NCBI GenBank assembly: GCA_045127455.1
Contig: JBGVQK010000044.1
Span: 24,158 to 88,157 of the forward strand
Source of the DNA: Eubacteriales bacterium
GTDB taxonomy: Bacteria; Bacillota; Clostridia; Oscillospirales; CAG-272
DNA length: 64,000 bases
Reading direction: 5' to 3'
Below the pieces are notes generated by a model. It saw nothing but the letters and a program-made list of their open reading frames with translations. It was not told the origin of the DNA and ran no database searches. Positions 9,617-17,835 of this stretch are shown here, piece after piece. Made by a program: the position numbers and the translations under genes. How positions within the stretch are numbered: position 1 is the stretch's first letter; every line of letters begins with the position of its first letter.

Positions 9617-10402
9617 ATGAGAATAGTTAACTGGAATATATCATGGAGCAATAAAACAGACAATAAAGCCGCTTATTTAAGAAGTTTAATTGAGGGGACG
9701 TCGTTTGTAGTTATCTTGCAAGAAGTAAAAATGTTTGCTTATGAGGCATTAAAGCAGTCCTTGGGAGATATAGCTAATATTGAGTATTCGTTGGACTATC
9801 GTATTCCCGGCAAATTTGATACAGATTCAAGAAAACTTGGTGTTGCTATATTAGTAAGCAAAGACTTGAAGATTACAAATTCACAAGCATTGAGCCGAAC
9901 TCTTATGCCGGATAGAACAATAATGGTTGACATAGAGTACAATAATGCACCTTTGCGAATTTTGGGATTACATTCGGTGACGGGCTGTCACCACTTAAAA
10001 GCGAAGGAAATACAGTTTTTCTCCTTTGCAGAGGCAGTGGATGAGTACAAACCCGATGTTGTAGGTATAGATGCCAATGAGCCTCAGTATGACCATTATG
10101 AAATTAGCAAAATGAAATTTTTTGATAATTATAATAAGGGAAATGGATGCAAAACATTTTTTGAAACAATGCAAGCCAACGGTATGGCTGATTCATTTGT
10201 AAAAGACTATGATATAGAAAAATACATAGAGGGTGAGTACCTTACAACATCTCATATAATCAAACGAGGACACAAAAAGGTACGTTACGATTTTTTGTTT
10301 GTCAATAATGAGAAAATTCGTAATTACCATTGTTCCTATGACTATGACAATGCAGTTGAGGCTGGCAGCGACCACGCAGCAGTAATAGTAGATGTGGAAT
10401 AA
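9617..10402 (+). CDS. endonuclease/exonuclease/phosphatase (EEP) family protein
   Basis: MRIVNWNI at the N-terminus and SDHAAVIVDVE at the C-terminus are typical EEP-fold ends. The ATG at 9617 has an AAAGGAAG RBS, so the track's upstream extension is rejected. The gene is AT-rich (22/60 and 16/60 G+C on two lines I counted). Confidence 0.8.
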   Translation: MRIVNWNISWSNKTDNKAAYLRSLIEGTSFVVILQEVKMFAYEALKQSLGDIANIEYSLDYRIPGKFDTDSRKLGVAILVSKDLKITNSQALSRTLMPDRTIMVDIEYNNAPLRILGLHSVTGCHHLKAKEIQFFSFAEAVDEYKPDVVGIDANEPQYDHYEISKMKFFDNYNKGNGCKTFFETMQANGMADSFVKDYDIEKYIEGEYLTTSHIIKRGHKKVRYDFLFVNNEKIRNYHCSYDYDNAVEAGSDHAAVIVDVE

Positions 10403-10472
10403 TCAATAACAAATAAAGGGGCTGAGCTTCTTGCTTTACTAAAATGCAGTTGACTCATCCTTTTTGTTTTAA

Positions 10473-10520
10473 AAAAAGTTTCGGCTAATTTATATAAATT
10501 CTTAAAAATAGTCGAAAAAT
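10473..10520. repeat. copy 3 of the palindromic repeat
   Basis: AAAAAGTTTCGGCTAATTTATATAAATTCTTAAAAATAGTCGAAAAATG. The right arm is degenerate. Confidence 0.75.
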
Positions 10521-10619
10521 GCTTTTAATTCTTTGCTTTTCGTAATTTTATACCTTCAGTAATATATTTTCCGCCGTTTTGGGAAATACTAACGGTGAAA
10601 ACAAAAAACGGAGGTATAT

Positions 10620-11282
10620 ATGTTCAAACACGAAAAACAGTTATTTCATCCCGTAGAAGTAGAAAGACCGAATCCGCAGTATGCGGTTCTCCTTCAGGAA
10701 CAGCTTGGCGGCGGAAACGGCGAGCTCAAGGCGGCAATGCAGTATATGTCGCAGAGCTTTCGCATCAAGGATCCCGAGATCAAGGATCTTTTCCTCGATA
10801 TTGCCGCGGAGGAGCTGGGACACATGGAAATGGTGGCGCAGACCATCAATCTGCTCAACGGCCACGACGTGGACGCAACCAAGGTGCAGGCGGGCGAGGT
10901 GCAGACCCACGTTCTGCTCGGGCTCAATCCCGGCCTCATCAATTCCTCGGGATACTCTTGGACAGCGGATTACGTGACCGTGACGGGCGACCTGTGCGCT
11001 GACTTACTTTCCAACATTGCGTCCGAGCAGAGAGCCAAGGTGGTTTACGAATATCTCTACCGTCAGATCGAGGACAAGAAGGTGAGAGAGACCATTGATT
11101 TTCTTCTCAACCGCGAGGAAGCGCACAATCAGATGTTCCGTGATGCTTTCAACAAGGTACAGGAAACGGGCTCAAACCGCGATTTCGGCACGACCAAGGC
11201 TGCAAAGATGTATTTCTCTATGTCGAACCCCGGACCGAACACTTTTGCAACCGGCGAAACCAAAGCGCCGGCGTTTAAGTGA
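10620..11282 (+). CDS. manganese catalase family protein (full length, 220 aa)
   Basis: MFKHEKQLFHPVEVERPNPQYA...GGGNGELKAAMQYMSQSF. Both E..H metal motifs are present (AAEELGHMEM and NREEAHNQMF). GGAGG RBS. Confidence 0.9.
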   Translation: MFKHEKQLFHPVEVERPNPQYAVLLQEQLGGGNGELKAAMQYMSQSFRIKDPEIKDLFLDIAAEELGHMEMVAQTINLLNGHDVDATKVQAGEVQTHVLLGLNPGLINSSGYSWTADYVTVTGDLCADLLSNIASEQRAKVVYEYLYRQIEDKKVRETIDFLLNREEAHNQMFRDAFNKVQETGSNRDFGTTKAAKMYFSMSNPGPNTFATGETKAPAFK

Positions 11283-11305
11283 CGATTGTCTAAAAAAACA
11301 ATAAG

Positions 11306-11339
11306 AAAAAACGATGCTCCCACGGGGGCATCGTTTTTT
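11306..11339. terminator. bidirectional intrinsic terminator
   Basis: AAAAAACGATGCTCC-CAC-GGGGGCATCGTTTTTT lies between the convergent Mn-catalase and cotJC genes. Confidence 0.7.
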
Positions 11340-11424
11340 CTATCTTTGGAGAAAACAGTACACTCTTGCCATTTTCCTTTCTTATTTTATAAATTTTTAT
11401 AGTGTTTCCTGCGTTTTGTTGCAC

Positions 11425-11847
11425 TTACAAGGTAGTAGCATCTGCTGCCAAGTCCTCGTTGAGGTCGGTGATGACGTCGCCCTTGATGCCGACGTATTTC
11501 ATATCAAAGGGCACGCCGGATGCCGCTATGGGATAGATGCCCGTGGTATGGTCGACGAAATAAGGTGCGAAGGGGGTCTTTGCGATCTCTTCCTCAGAGA
11601 CGTTGCGCGTCAGCTGATAGAGGATTGCTGCCACCATTTCAAGGTGTGCGAGCTCTTCTGTGCCTACGTCGGTTAAAATACCTGTGATCTCACCATAAGG
11701 CATTGCATAGCGTTGATTGAGATAGCGCATCGAAGCAGCAAGTTCGCCGTCGGGTCCACCGAGTTGGGAGACAATAAGGCTTGCAAGCTTTGGATTGGGA
11801 TTTTTGATTTTTACAGGGTATTGCAAAGTTTTCTCATAAGTCCACAT
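11425..11847 (-). CDS. cotJC: spore coat protein CotJC (Mn-catalase fold), C-terminally short (140 aa)
   Basis: MWTYEKTLQYPVKIKNPNPKLA...GGPDGELAASMRYLNQRY...GTEELAHLEMV matches CotJC closely. It ends at ...LNEDLAADATTL, before the second E..H motif. GGAGG RBS. It is the last gene of the cotJA-B-C order. Confidence 0.8.
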   Translation of the reverse strand: MWTYEKTLQYPVKIKNPNPKLASLIVSQLGGPDGELAASMRYLNQRYAMPYGEITGILTDVGTEELAHLEMVAAILYQLTRNVSEEEIAKTPFAPYFVDHTTGIYPIAASGVPFDMKYVGIKGDVITDLNEDLAADATTL

Positions 11848-11867
11848 AAGTCAGGTTCCTCCTATTT

Positions 11868-12137
11868 TCAGTTGGCTTCCGGTTCCCAAGGCCAAGGGCC
11901 CTTTACCCAATCCCACGAATTGCGGCTGGTGTTGCCGTACATAGTAACGGGACCGCAATTTTTTTGGTAGGATGCAAGCAGCTTTTCGCGCTGCTCAACA
12001 AGGGCGTGGTAGTAGGCTAAGGCTTCGGGGTGGCAGGGATACGCATCCAAAAAGAGGACGGTTTCCTGAATGGCAAAGTTGATGGCACGCAGCGTTTCAC
12101 GCTCGCGGCAACAGTTAGAGTGATTGGTTTGGTTCAT
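11868..12137 (-). CDS. cotJB: spore coat protein CotJB
   Basis: RETLRAINFAIQETVLFLDAYPCHPEALAYYHALVEQREKLLASYQKNCGPVT...WDWVKGPWPWE is the CotJB signature. I trimmed the track ORF to the ATG at 12137. Confidence 0.85.
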   Translation of the reverse strand: MNQTNHSNCCRERETLRAINFAIQETVLFLDAYPCHPEALAYYHALVEQREKLLASYQKNCGPVTMYGNTSRNSWDWVKGPWPWEPEAN

Positions 12138-12150
12138 AGCAGATGGCTCA

Positions 12151-12591
12151 TCACATAGGGCGACGAGCACAACCCTCCTTTCCGCCTTTTTGTACAACTG
12201 CCTCAAAGGGCAGAACAAGCTCGGCAAAAATGGTGCCATGCTTGAGACCTTCGGCAGGATCGAGCAGCTTGCGCCAGCACTGACGGGGAGAATAGACCAT
12301 TGCAAGCGCGGGTGCGTGGAGCTCGGTAGGGCAAGAGGTGTTGCAGGGCTTTTGACAGCCACAGTCGTTCTCGGGCTTTACAGGAGCCTCTTGACGTGCC
12401 TGTGGTTGACGGCCTTGGGGTGCCCACTCGCAGCAGCTACCCATTGCCCGACGGGGGTCATAGGTGTTGCGGTTGCAGGAGCGGTCAGCGCGATTGCAAG
12501 CACTGCCGCTTAATTCACCACCAAGCATACGGCGCAAAAAATCGGCGTCGGCACGGTTTTCGGCCGCGCGACGGTTGTTTTCAAAATACAT
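12151..12591 (-). CDS. cotJA: CotJA-like spore coat-associated protein with Cys-rich N-terminal extension
   Basis: The C-terminal LAMVYSPRQCWRKLLDPAEGLKHGTIFAELVLPFE is the CotJA motif. I chose the ATG at 12591 because AAAGGAG lies 6 nt upstream. Confidence 0.75.
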   Translation of the reverse strand: MYFENNRRAAENRADADFLRRMLGGELSGSACNRADRSCNRNTYDPRRAMGSCCEWAPQGRQPQARQEAPVKPENDCGCQKPCNTSCPTELHAPALAMVYSPRQCWRKLLDPAEGLKHGTIFAELVLPFEAVVQKGGKEGCARRPM

Positions 12592-12825
12592 TTGTAGCTC
12601 CTTTTGCATTATATTTAGTCCACACAGTGCGTGTGCGACTATTCCCAATATATGCTTTTTTGTCGCAAAATGTCATAATTTTGATTATTTTTTATAAAAA
12701 GAATTATTCTTATTATTAAAATAAGGCGATTTTTTGCAAATTTTTGATTTTCTATTGCGTTTTAATAAAAAATCGTGTATAATAGGTTTATCAAAACTAC
12801 TGAAAAAGAAAGTGAGGGAATAGAT

Positions 12826-13803
12826 ATGGCAGGACCTATGGGCGGAGGCCGCGGTGGCGGTGGAGGATTTGGCGGTGGTTCTCGCGGTGGCGGATTCGGT
12901 GGCGGCCGAGGCGGCGGATTTCACGGTGGCGGCGGATTTAGAGGCGGCCCTTACCATCGTGGCCCACGTTTTGGCTACGGATATTATCATCGTCCGCGCT
13001 TCTTTGGCTTTGGACCTCGTTATTACTATGGCGGCGGTGGATGCCTTGGCGGCTTCCTTGGTGCGCTGATGGCACCCTTCATCCTTTTGATGGTTGTTGC
13101 CGTTATGATGTTTGGCGTTGTTGGCTCGGCACTTTCCAATGCGGCAAACGGTGGAATTATCTCTTATGATGAGGGCACCTTCCAAGACTATGCTGATATT
13201 GAATACAACAAAGCATTTGGAAATTCTGATGCTTACGAGGATAATATCTTAATTGTTGTTCTTGTTAACGAAGAAACAGATTATTACTATTATATTCCTT
13301 GGGGCGGAAACAATCTTGACAATGAGATTTATGAGTTGTTTGATGTAGGTGGAGCATTTGATGCAGCAATGAGTGGCTCCATTCAAAACTATTATAAGCA
13401 TTCTTTGGATGAAGATCTTATTCGCGTAATTGAAACCATGACTCGCAAAATCGACAACCTTGGATTGGAATCATCATTCAAAAAAACGTATAGTCACGAA
13501 AATTCTCCTGCATCTCATTTGGAAAATTACACCGATCTTTCAATGAACAAGGGAACGGTAGATGATGCGTTAGAGGAATTTACTGTTCAAACAGATATTC
13601 CGATTGTTCTTGTGGTCGAAGATATGGAGGACGTATTCGGCAAATCCTTGCCCACGGGCGATATCGTTATTTTGGTTGTTCTTTCGGTACTTGGTATTGT
13701 GGCAATTGTGAGCATTGTGCGCGTGATTAAAGACCGCAGCAAGTTCAAGCAGGGCAATCCCGAGGACGATGACAGAAACGACAGAGACAACGACAAGTGG
13801 TAA
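12826..13803 (+). CDS. membrane protein with Gly/Arg/Phe-rich (RGG-like) N-terminus, two TM segments and a possibly TPM-like central domain
   Basis: ATG at 12826 after GAGGGA. MAGPMGGGRGGGGGFGGGSRGGGFGGGRGGGFHGGGGFRGGPYHRGPRFGYGYY is followed by a TM segment (LGALMAPFILLMVVAVMMFGVV). The soluble part contains NILIVVLVNEETDYYYYIPWGGN. There is a C-terminal TM segment and an acidic tail. Confidence 0.7.
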   Translation: MAGPMGGGRGGGGGFGGGSRGGGFGGGRGGGFHGGGGFRGGPYHRGPRFGYGYYHRPRFFGFGPRYYYGGGGCLGGFLGALMAPFILLMVVAVMMFGVVGSALSNAANGGIISYDEGTFQDYADIEYNKAFGNSDAYEDNILIVVLVNEETDYYYYIPWGGNNLDNEIYELFDVGGAFDAAMSGSIQNYYKHSLDEDLIRVIETMTRKIDNLGLESSFKKTYSHENSPASHLENYTDLSMNKGTVDDALEEFTVQTDIPIVLVVEDMEDVFGKSLPTGDIVILVVLSVLGIVAIVSIVRVIKDRSKFKQGNPEDDDRNDRDNDKW

Positions 13804-13807
13804 CAAT

Positions 13808-13853
13808 AAAACGCAGTACGTAGTGCAAATTTGCACTACGTACTGCGTTTTTG
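13808..13853. terminator. bidirectional terminator (44-nt perfect palindrome)
   Basis: AAAACGCAGTACGTAGTGCAAATTTGCACTACGTACTGCGTTTT lies between convergent genes. Confidence 0.75.
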
Positions 13854-13872
13854 CGCGTTTTTATGATTTGCG

Positions 13873-14877
13873 TTACTTAACCTCAAACGCTATAACCTTG
13901 TTGGCAAAAAAGAACTTACCAACAATATATTTGTTGCAAGCCGACTCAAAGCTGACCGCTACCTTGCCGTCCTTGGTAAAGGTAAGGCCTTCGCTAAAGG
14001 CGGGCATTTTTATGTTTTCGATGCGAGTAGAGGAATCAAGATAATAGAGGGGAACGTCAACGCCCATTGTGTTGATGGTCTTGCCGCTGTCAACCCAGCC
14101 GCTATGAAATTCCATATAGGAAGGATTGAGCCCCCAAGAGCGGGAAAGCATTACCTTGCCGTCCTCGTTTACGGCAAAGCCTTGCACCTGAGAGGTGATG
14201 GAGACCGAGAAAGCGGGTTTCGCATCCTCTGCAATCGAGCCATCATCAGCGAGAGGAAAGGCGGAAAGGATCGCTTTGTTTTCATCTCCTGCGGGGGTGG
14301 TGAAATAGTGAGCTTTTTTGGTTTCGTAGCTTTCGGCGCGGTAGAATTCGCCAACGTAGATGTAATCGTCATCCGAGAAGCAGAAGGAAGCAGAGGTGTC
14401 AACGGTAAATTGACCAATGGCTTTTACAGAATCGCCGTCCTTGGCGTTCCAAATATCCGAAAAACGGTAGATGCGCAGATATCCTACCTTACCGTCACCC
14501 TCTGCGTGGTTGTCGGAGATGTAGAGGTAGTCGCCCGCTCTCGTAACGCCGCCTGCGTGTCCCTTGGCTTGCTCGCCCTCGGGCGTGAGCAGAACGATCG
14601 CTTTGGTTTCCTTGCCGGTTACCAGGTAAAGCTCGGCTTTTTTGCCGTTGTAGCCCGAGTGAATATAGGTATCGGTCTCGGGATCGTAGTCAAGACCTTG
14701 GGGAACGAATCCGTCATTTAGGGCAGGAATTTTAGAGACCTGCTCTCCCTGTGCGTAATAATCGGGGTAGAGGACAAACTTTGCCACGTGTAAGCCACCC
14801 CAAGCGAGGAGAACGATTGCAAGAGCAGATATCACAAGAATGCAAATGAGCTTGAGAAACCATTTTAAAATCTTCAT
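13873..14877 (-). CDS. membrane-anchored hypothetical protein (334 aa)
   Basis: N-terminal TM anchor MKILKWFLKLICILVISALAIVLLAW. AAAGGAG RBS. I do not recognise the soluble domain. Confidence 0.7.
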   Translation of the reverse strand: MKILKWFLKLICILVISALAIVLLAWGGLHVAKFVLYPDYYAQGEQVSKIPALNDGFVPQGLDYDPETDTYIHSGYNGKKAELYLVTGKETKAIVLLTPEGEQAKGHAGGVTRAGDYLYISDNHAEGDGKVGYLRIYRFSDIWNAKDGDSVKAIGQFTVDTSASFCFSDDDYIYVGEFYRAESYETKKAHYFTTPAGDENKAILSAFPLADDGSIAEDAKPAFSVSITSQVQGFAVNEDGKVMLSRSWGLNPSYMEFHSGWVDSGKTINTMGVDVPLYYLDSSTRIENIKMPAFSEGLTFTKDGKVAVSFESACNKYIVGKFFFANKVIAFEVK

Positions 14878-15147
14878 AAAAAGACTCCTTTCGAGTTTTT
14901 TTGATAGACATATTATAATGGAATATTATGAACTTGTAGTAAACAGATGGCAATTTTCGAAAAAAATATTTCCCAAAACAATAAAACAGCAGGGGCCGGC
15001 GTCCTCGACGGTCCGTTTGCATGGGGCTCTGAACCCAAACGTGCGTATAATGCAGCATTATTCTTTACTCACGAAGCGCACGTTATAATAAAAACGCAAG
15101 CGTTTTTATTTGGGTTCAGCGATAAAATCCATCTGCATAAAAACAAG

Positions 15148-15180
15148 AACCCATCCGCTATTGCGGATGGGTTTTGCTTT
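15148..15180. terminator. hairpin terminator downstream of the tRNA operon
   Basis: AACCCATCCGC-TATT-GCGGATGGGTT with T-runs on both strands. Confidence 0.55.
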
Positions 15181-15182
15181 TA

Positions 15183-15260
15183 TGGGGTGAGATATGGGGC
15201 TCGAACCCACGACCTTCAGGGCCACAACCTGACGCGCTAGCCAACTGCGCCAATCCCACC
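15183..15260 (-). tRNA. tRNA-His (anticodon GTG)
   Basis: I folded the cloverleaf manually. It has the extra G at position -1 pairing with C73, anticodon loop TTGTGGC, T-loop TTCGAGC, and an encoded CCA. Confidence 0.9.
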
Positions 15261-15272
15261 ATATTTAATTTG

Positions 15273-15349
15273 TGGCGTGCCTTGAGGGATTCGAACCCCC
15301 GACCTACTGCTTAGAAGGCAGTTGCTCTATCCGGCTGAGCTAAAGGCAC
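15273..15349 (-). tRNA. tRNA-Arg (anticodon TCT)
   Basis: Manual fold of GTGCCTT/AAGGCAC acceptor, anticodon loop CTTCTAA, T-loop TTCGAAT, and an encoded CCA. Confidence 0.9.
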
Positions 15350-15375
15350 ATCACTGGTGCCTTTCGGTCACCTTT

Positions 15376-15449
<74 letters not shown>

Positions 15450-15477
15450 AAAGATGTGCGCTCACACGTACTTGAAT

Positions 15478-15506
15478 ATTATATCACACACATCTGTTTT
15501 TGTCAA
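15478..15506 (-). promoter_or_regulatory. sigma-A promoter of the tRNA Gly-Arg-His operon
   Basis: The minus strand reads TTGACA-17 nt-TGA-TATAAT, a perfect consensus about 30 nt upstream of tRNA-Gly. Confidence 0.65.
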
Positions 15507-15625
15507 TACTTTTTTTGAAAATATTTTTGTTTTTTACAAAACGCATCGCAATACTTTCCACTTGACTTTCGTACCCAATTATGATAGAATGAATATAGAA
15601 AAGTATGGAATAAAGGGGGAGCAGA

Positions 15626-16060
15626 ATGACTTATCAACGCCTGATAGATGTGAATGACACTGACATACTGCAACTCTGCCGTGTGATGGATTTAGCGAAT
15701 GTATCTCGCTTTATTAGTTACGACAAGGAAAAATATTGGCAATACGTTACCTCAACAAATTCCGTTTTTTACTACAAGGTATATCAAAGAAATTCATTGG
15801 TTGGAGCGGTACACCTTGAAATAAACGATAAAATTTTATATATGAGTATATTGGTTTTTCCCGAATATCAAAATCAAAAAATAGGGACTAGTATCATCAA
15901 GGATATCCAAGACAAAAAACTGCCTATTGATTTTGAAAGAATCGAAGTTTCAATTGATGAAGCAAATGTTGCTTCTATTCGTTTGTTTGAAAAGATGAAT
16001 TTCAAATTGTTTGCCAAAGAAAAAGAATTATTTACTTATGTTTATCAAATGCCTGCATAA
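15626..16060 (+). CDS. GNAT-family N-acetyltransferase (144 aa)
   Basis: The size and the ...ILVFPEYQNQKIGTSIIKDI... acetyl-CoA-binding-like segment fit GNAT. GGGGGAG RBS. The gene is AT-rich (17/60 G+C on one counted line). Confidence 0.75.
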   Translation: MTYQRLIDVNDTDILQLCRVMDLANVSRFISYDKEKYWQYVTSTNSVFYYKVYQRNSLVGAVHLEINDKILYMSILVFPEYQNQKIGTSIIKDIQDKKLPIDFERIEVSIDEANVASIRLFEKMNFKLFAKEKELFTYVYQMPA

Positions 16061-16093
16061 ATGCGGCAAATTAAAATTTAAAGGAGACCACAG

Positions 16094-16636
16094 ATGTCCG
16101 AATTTTTAGCATCCCTACATCCCATTGTCGTGTGCTTGATCGTGTGCGCGGCAAAAATTATTGAAATCACTATCCAATCTCTCAAAACCTGCATGATGGT
16201 CAAGGGGCAGAGGCTCAAGGCGGCAATGCTTGGCTTTGTAGAGTGTATGATCTGGGGACTTGTTATTTCCACCATCATCTCAACTCTTGGAGATAATTTG
16301 TTCCTGCTTCTGTTCTATTGTGTGGGTTATGCAACGGGACTTTTCCTCGGCTCTACCATTGAGGGCAAGATCGCGCTCGGTACATCGAATTTGCAGCTCA
16401 TTGCCAATGATGATAACACAAAGCTGATCATTGCTTATCTTCGCCAAAAAAAGCGCGGATATACGGTGTTTGGCGGTCAAGGCTCTACCGACAAAATGAA
16501 TATGATTTTAATTGTTTTGCCACGCAGAGAAATGAAGCGCGTACTCAGAGAAATTCGCAAACTCTGCAACAACCGTGTGTTTGTGGTTGCATCCGACGTC
16601 AGCAAATATGCAGGCGGCTATGGATTGGTGAAATAA
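16094..16636 (+). CDS. UPF0316/DUF2179-domain membrane protein
   Basis: Three N-terminal TM segments followed by a C-terminal ...YTVFGGQGSTDKMNMILIVLPRREMKRVLREIRKL... DUF2179-like domain. AAAGGAG RBS. Confidence 0.8.
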   Translation: MSEFLASLHPIVVCLIVCAAKIIEITIQSLKTCMMVKGQRLKAAMLGFVECMIWGLVISTIISTLGDNLFLLLFYCVGYATGLFLGSTIEGKIALGTSNLQLIANDDNTKLIIAYLRQKKRGYTVFGGQGSTDKMNMILIVLPRREMKRVLREIRKLCNNRVFVVASDVSKYAGGYGLVK

Positions 16637-16698
16637 AAACAACAAATAAAAAAACTGCCGCCTTTGAGTGATATAAGGCGGCAGTTTTCGGTTTATTA

Positions 16699-17835
16699 TT
16701 ATGTAAGGTCCTTTATAAAGCAACGGCGGCGCTTATGCTGCTCCTTATCAAAGAACTTCCACTGTGCTTGAATCTTTGTGTTTGTTTCAAGCTGGGGGCC
16801 TGTTTCGGCATAAAGGATGTGGTTCTTTGCAGTGGTATTGACAAAATGATTGAAGATGGTAGCAATCAGCAGCGTGCCCTGCAGCTCGGGCTTGATAGCA
16901 ATGAGCAAGAGGTCAACGGTGTCGTTTTTGTTCATTGCATAAAGCACGGGAGCCCATCCCCAAGGCAAAAGTTTTCCGCGGCATTTGGAAAGAGCGTTGG
17001 CAAGAGAGGGAACGGTTACACCAAAGGCGACCATTTCGTCATTTTCGTCTACAACAAAGCAAGCGTAGTCGGGGTTGACGAGCGGAATGAACTTGTTTGC
17101 GTATTTTTCAATTTGACGGTCGGTCAGATCAACCGTACCGTAAAGGGGAGCATACGCCTCATTGACAAGCTTAAAGACCTGCTTTACGTAGGGCTTGTAG
17201 TCCTTGCGGTGCTTGAGGGATGCAATATGATATTTGCCCTGACGCTCGTTGCGAGCCGCCACACGCGCAATCATTTGTGCCTCGCGGGAATCGGGCTTGG
17301 GCACGTTGATGCGGTACTCGATCCAGTCGGTGGACTTGCCGTAGCCGAGGCGCTCAAGGTGCTCCTTGTAGTAGGGAGCATTGTAATATGTAATAAACAT
17401 GCTTTGCCGGTCAAAGCCCTCAATCAGCATACCCTCGCGGTCGAGATCGCAAAAGCCGAGAGGACCGTGCACTTGGGTGCAGCCCTTTTCGCGCGCCCAA
17501 GCCTCTACAGTATCAAATAGTGCTTTGGAAACGCGCTCGTCGTCGATAAAGTCCACTTGCGAAAAGCGCATTTGGTTTTGCCCCCACTTTTCGTTGGCAC
17601 GGTGGCTGAGAATTGCACCGATGCGCCCAACGATCTTGCCGTCCTCATAGGCAAGAAAGCATCTTGCCTCACAATATTTAAATGCAGGGTTTTTGGCAGG
17701 ATTCCAATCGTCTACGTCGTCCCCGAAAAAGCCTGGGACGTAGTTCGGTTCATTTTTATAGAGTTGATTGGGGTAGTCAACAAAGCGGCGTCTGTCGCGC
17801 TGTGTTAAGACTTCTTTGATAATGATATTACCCAT
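16699..17835 (-). CDS. GNAT-like acyltransferase (378 aa, uncharacterised clostridial family)
   Basis: MGNIIIKEVLTQRDRRRFVDYPNQLYKNEPNYVPGFFGDDVDDWNPAKNPAF... is the N-terminus of a conserved N-acetyltransferase-annotated family as I recall it. AAAGGGA RBS. Confidence 0.65.
   Translation of the reverse strand: MGNIIIKEVLTQRDRRRFVDYPNQLYKNEPNYVPGFFGDDVDDWNPAKNPAFKYCEARCFLAYEDGKIVGRIGAILSHRANEKWGQNQMRFSQVDFIDDERVSKALFDTVEAWAREKGCTQVHGPLGFCDLDREGMLIEGFDRQSMFITYYNAPYYKEHLERLGYGKSTDWIEYRINVPKPDSREAQMIARVAARNERQGKYHIASLKHRKDYKPYVKQVFKLVNEAYAPLYGTVDLTDRQIEKYANKFIPLVNPDYACFVVDENDEMVAFGVTVPSLANALSKCRGKLLPWGWAPVLYAMNKNDTVDLLLIAIKPELQGTLLIATIFNHFVNTTAKNHILYAETGPQLETNTKIQAQWKFFDKEQHKRRRCFIKDLT

Noticed and set aside
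12685-13185. ORFs on both strands across the GGN-rich DNA, and the possibility of a noncoding tandem repeat
   Set aside because: The repeat is the coding sequence of the Gly/Arg-rich N-terminus of the 12826-13803 gene, which has an RBS and continues into a normal TM and soluble domain. The other frames are artefacts of GGN periodicity.
14990-15120. 11-bp inverted repeat CTGAACCCAAA/TTTGGGTTCAG with an internal hairpin, as a possible MITE
   Set aside because: It is a single occurrence with short arms and no similarity to the other repeat families. The evidence is insufficient.
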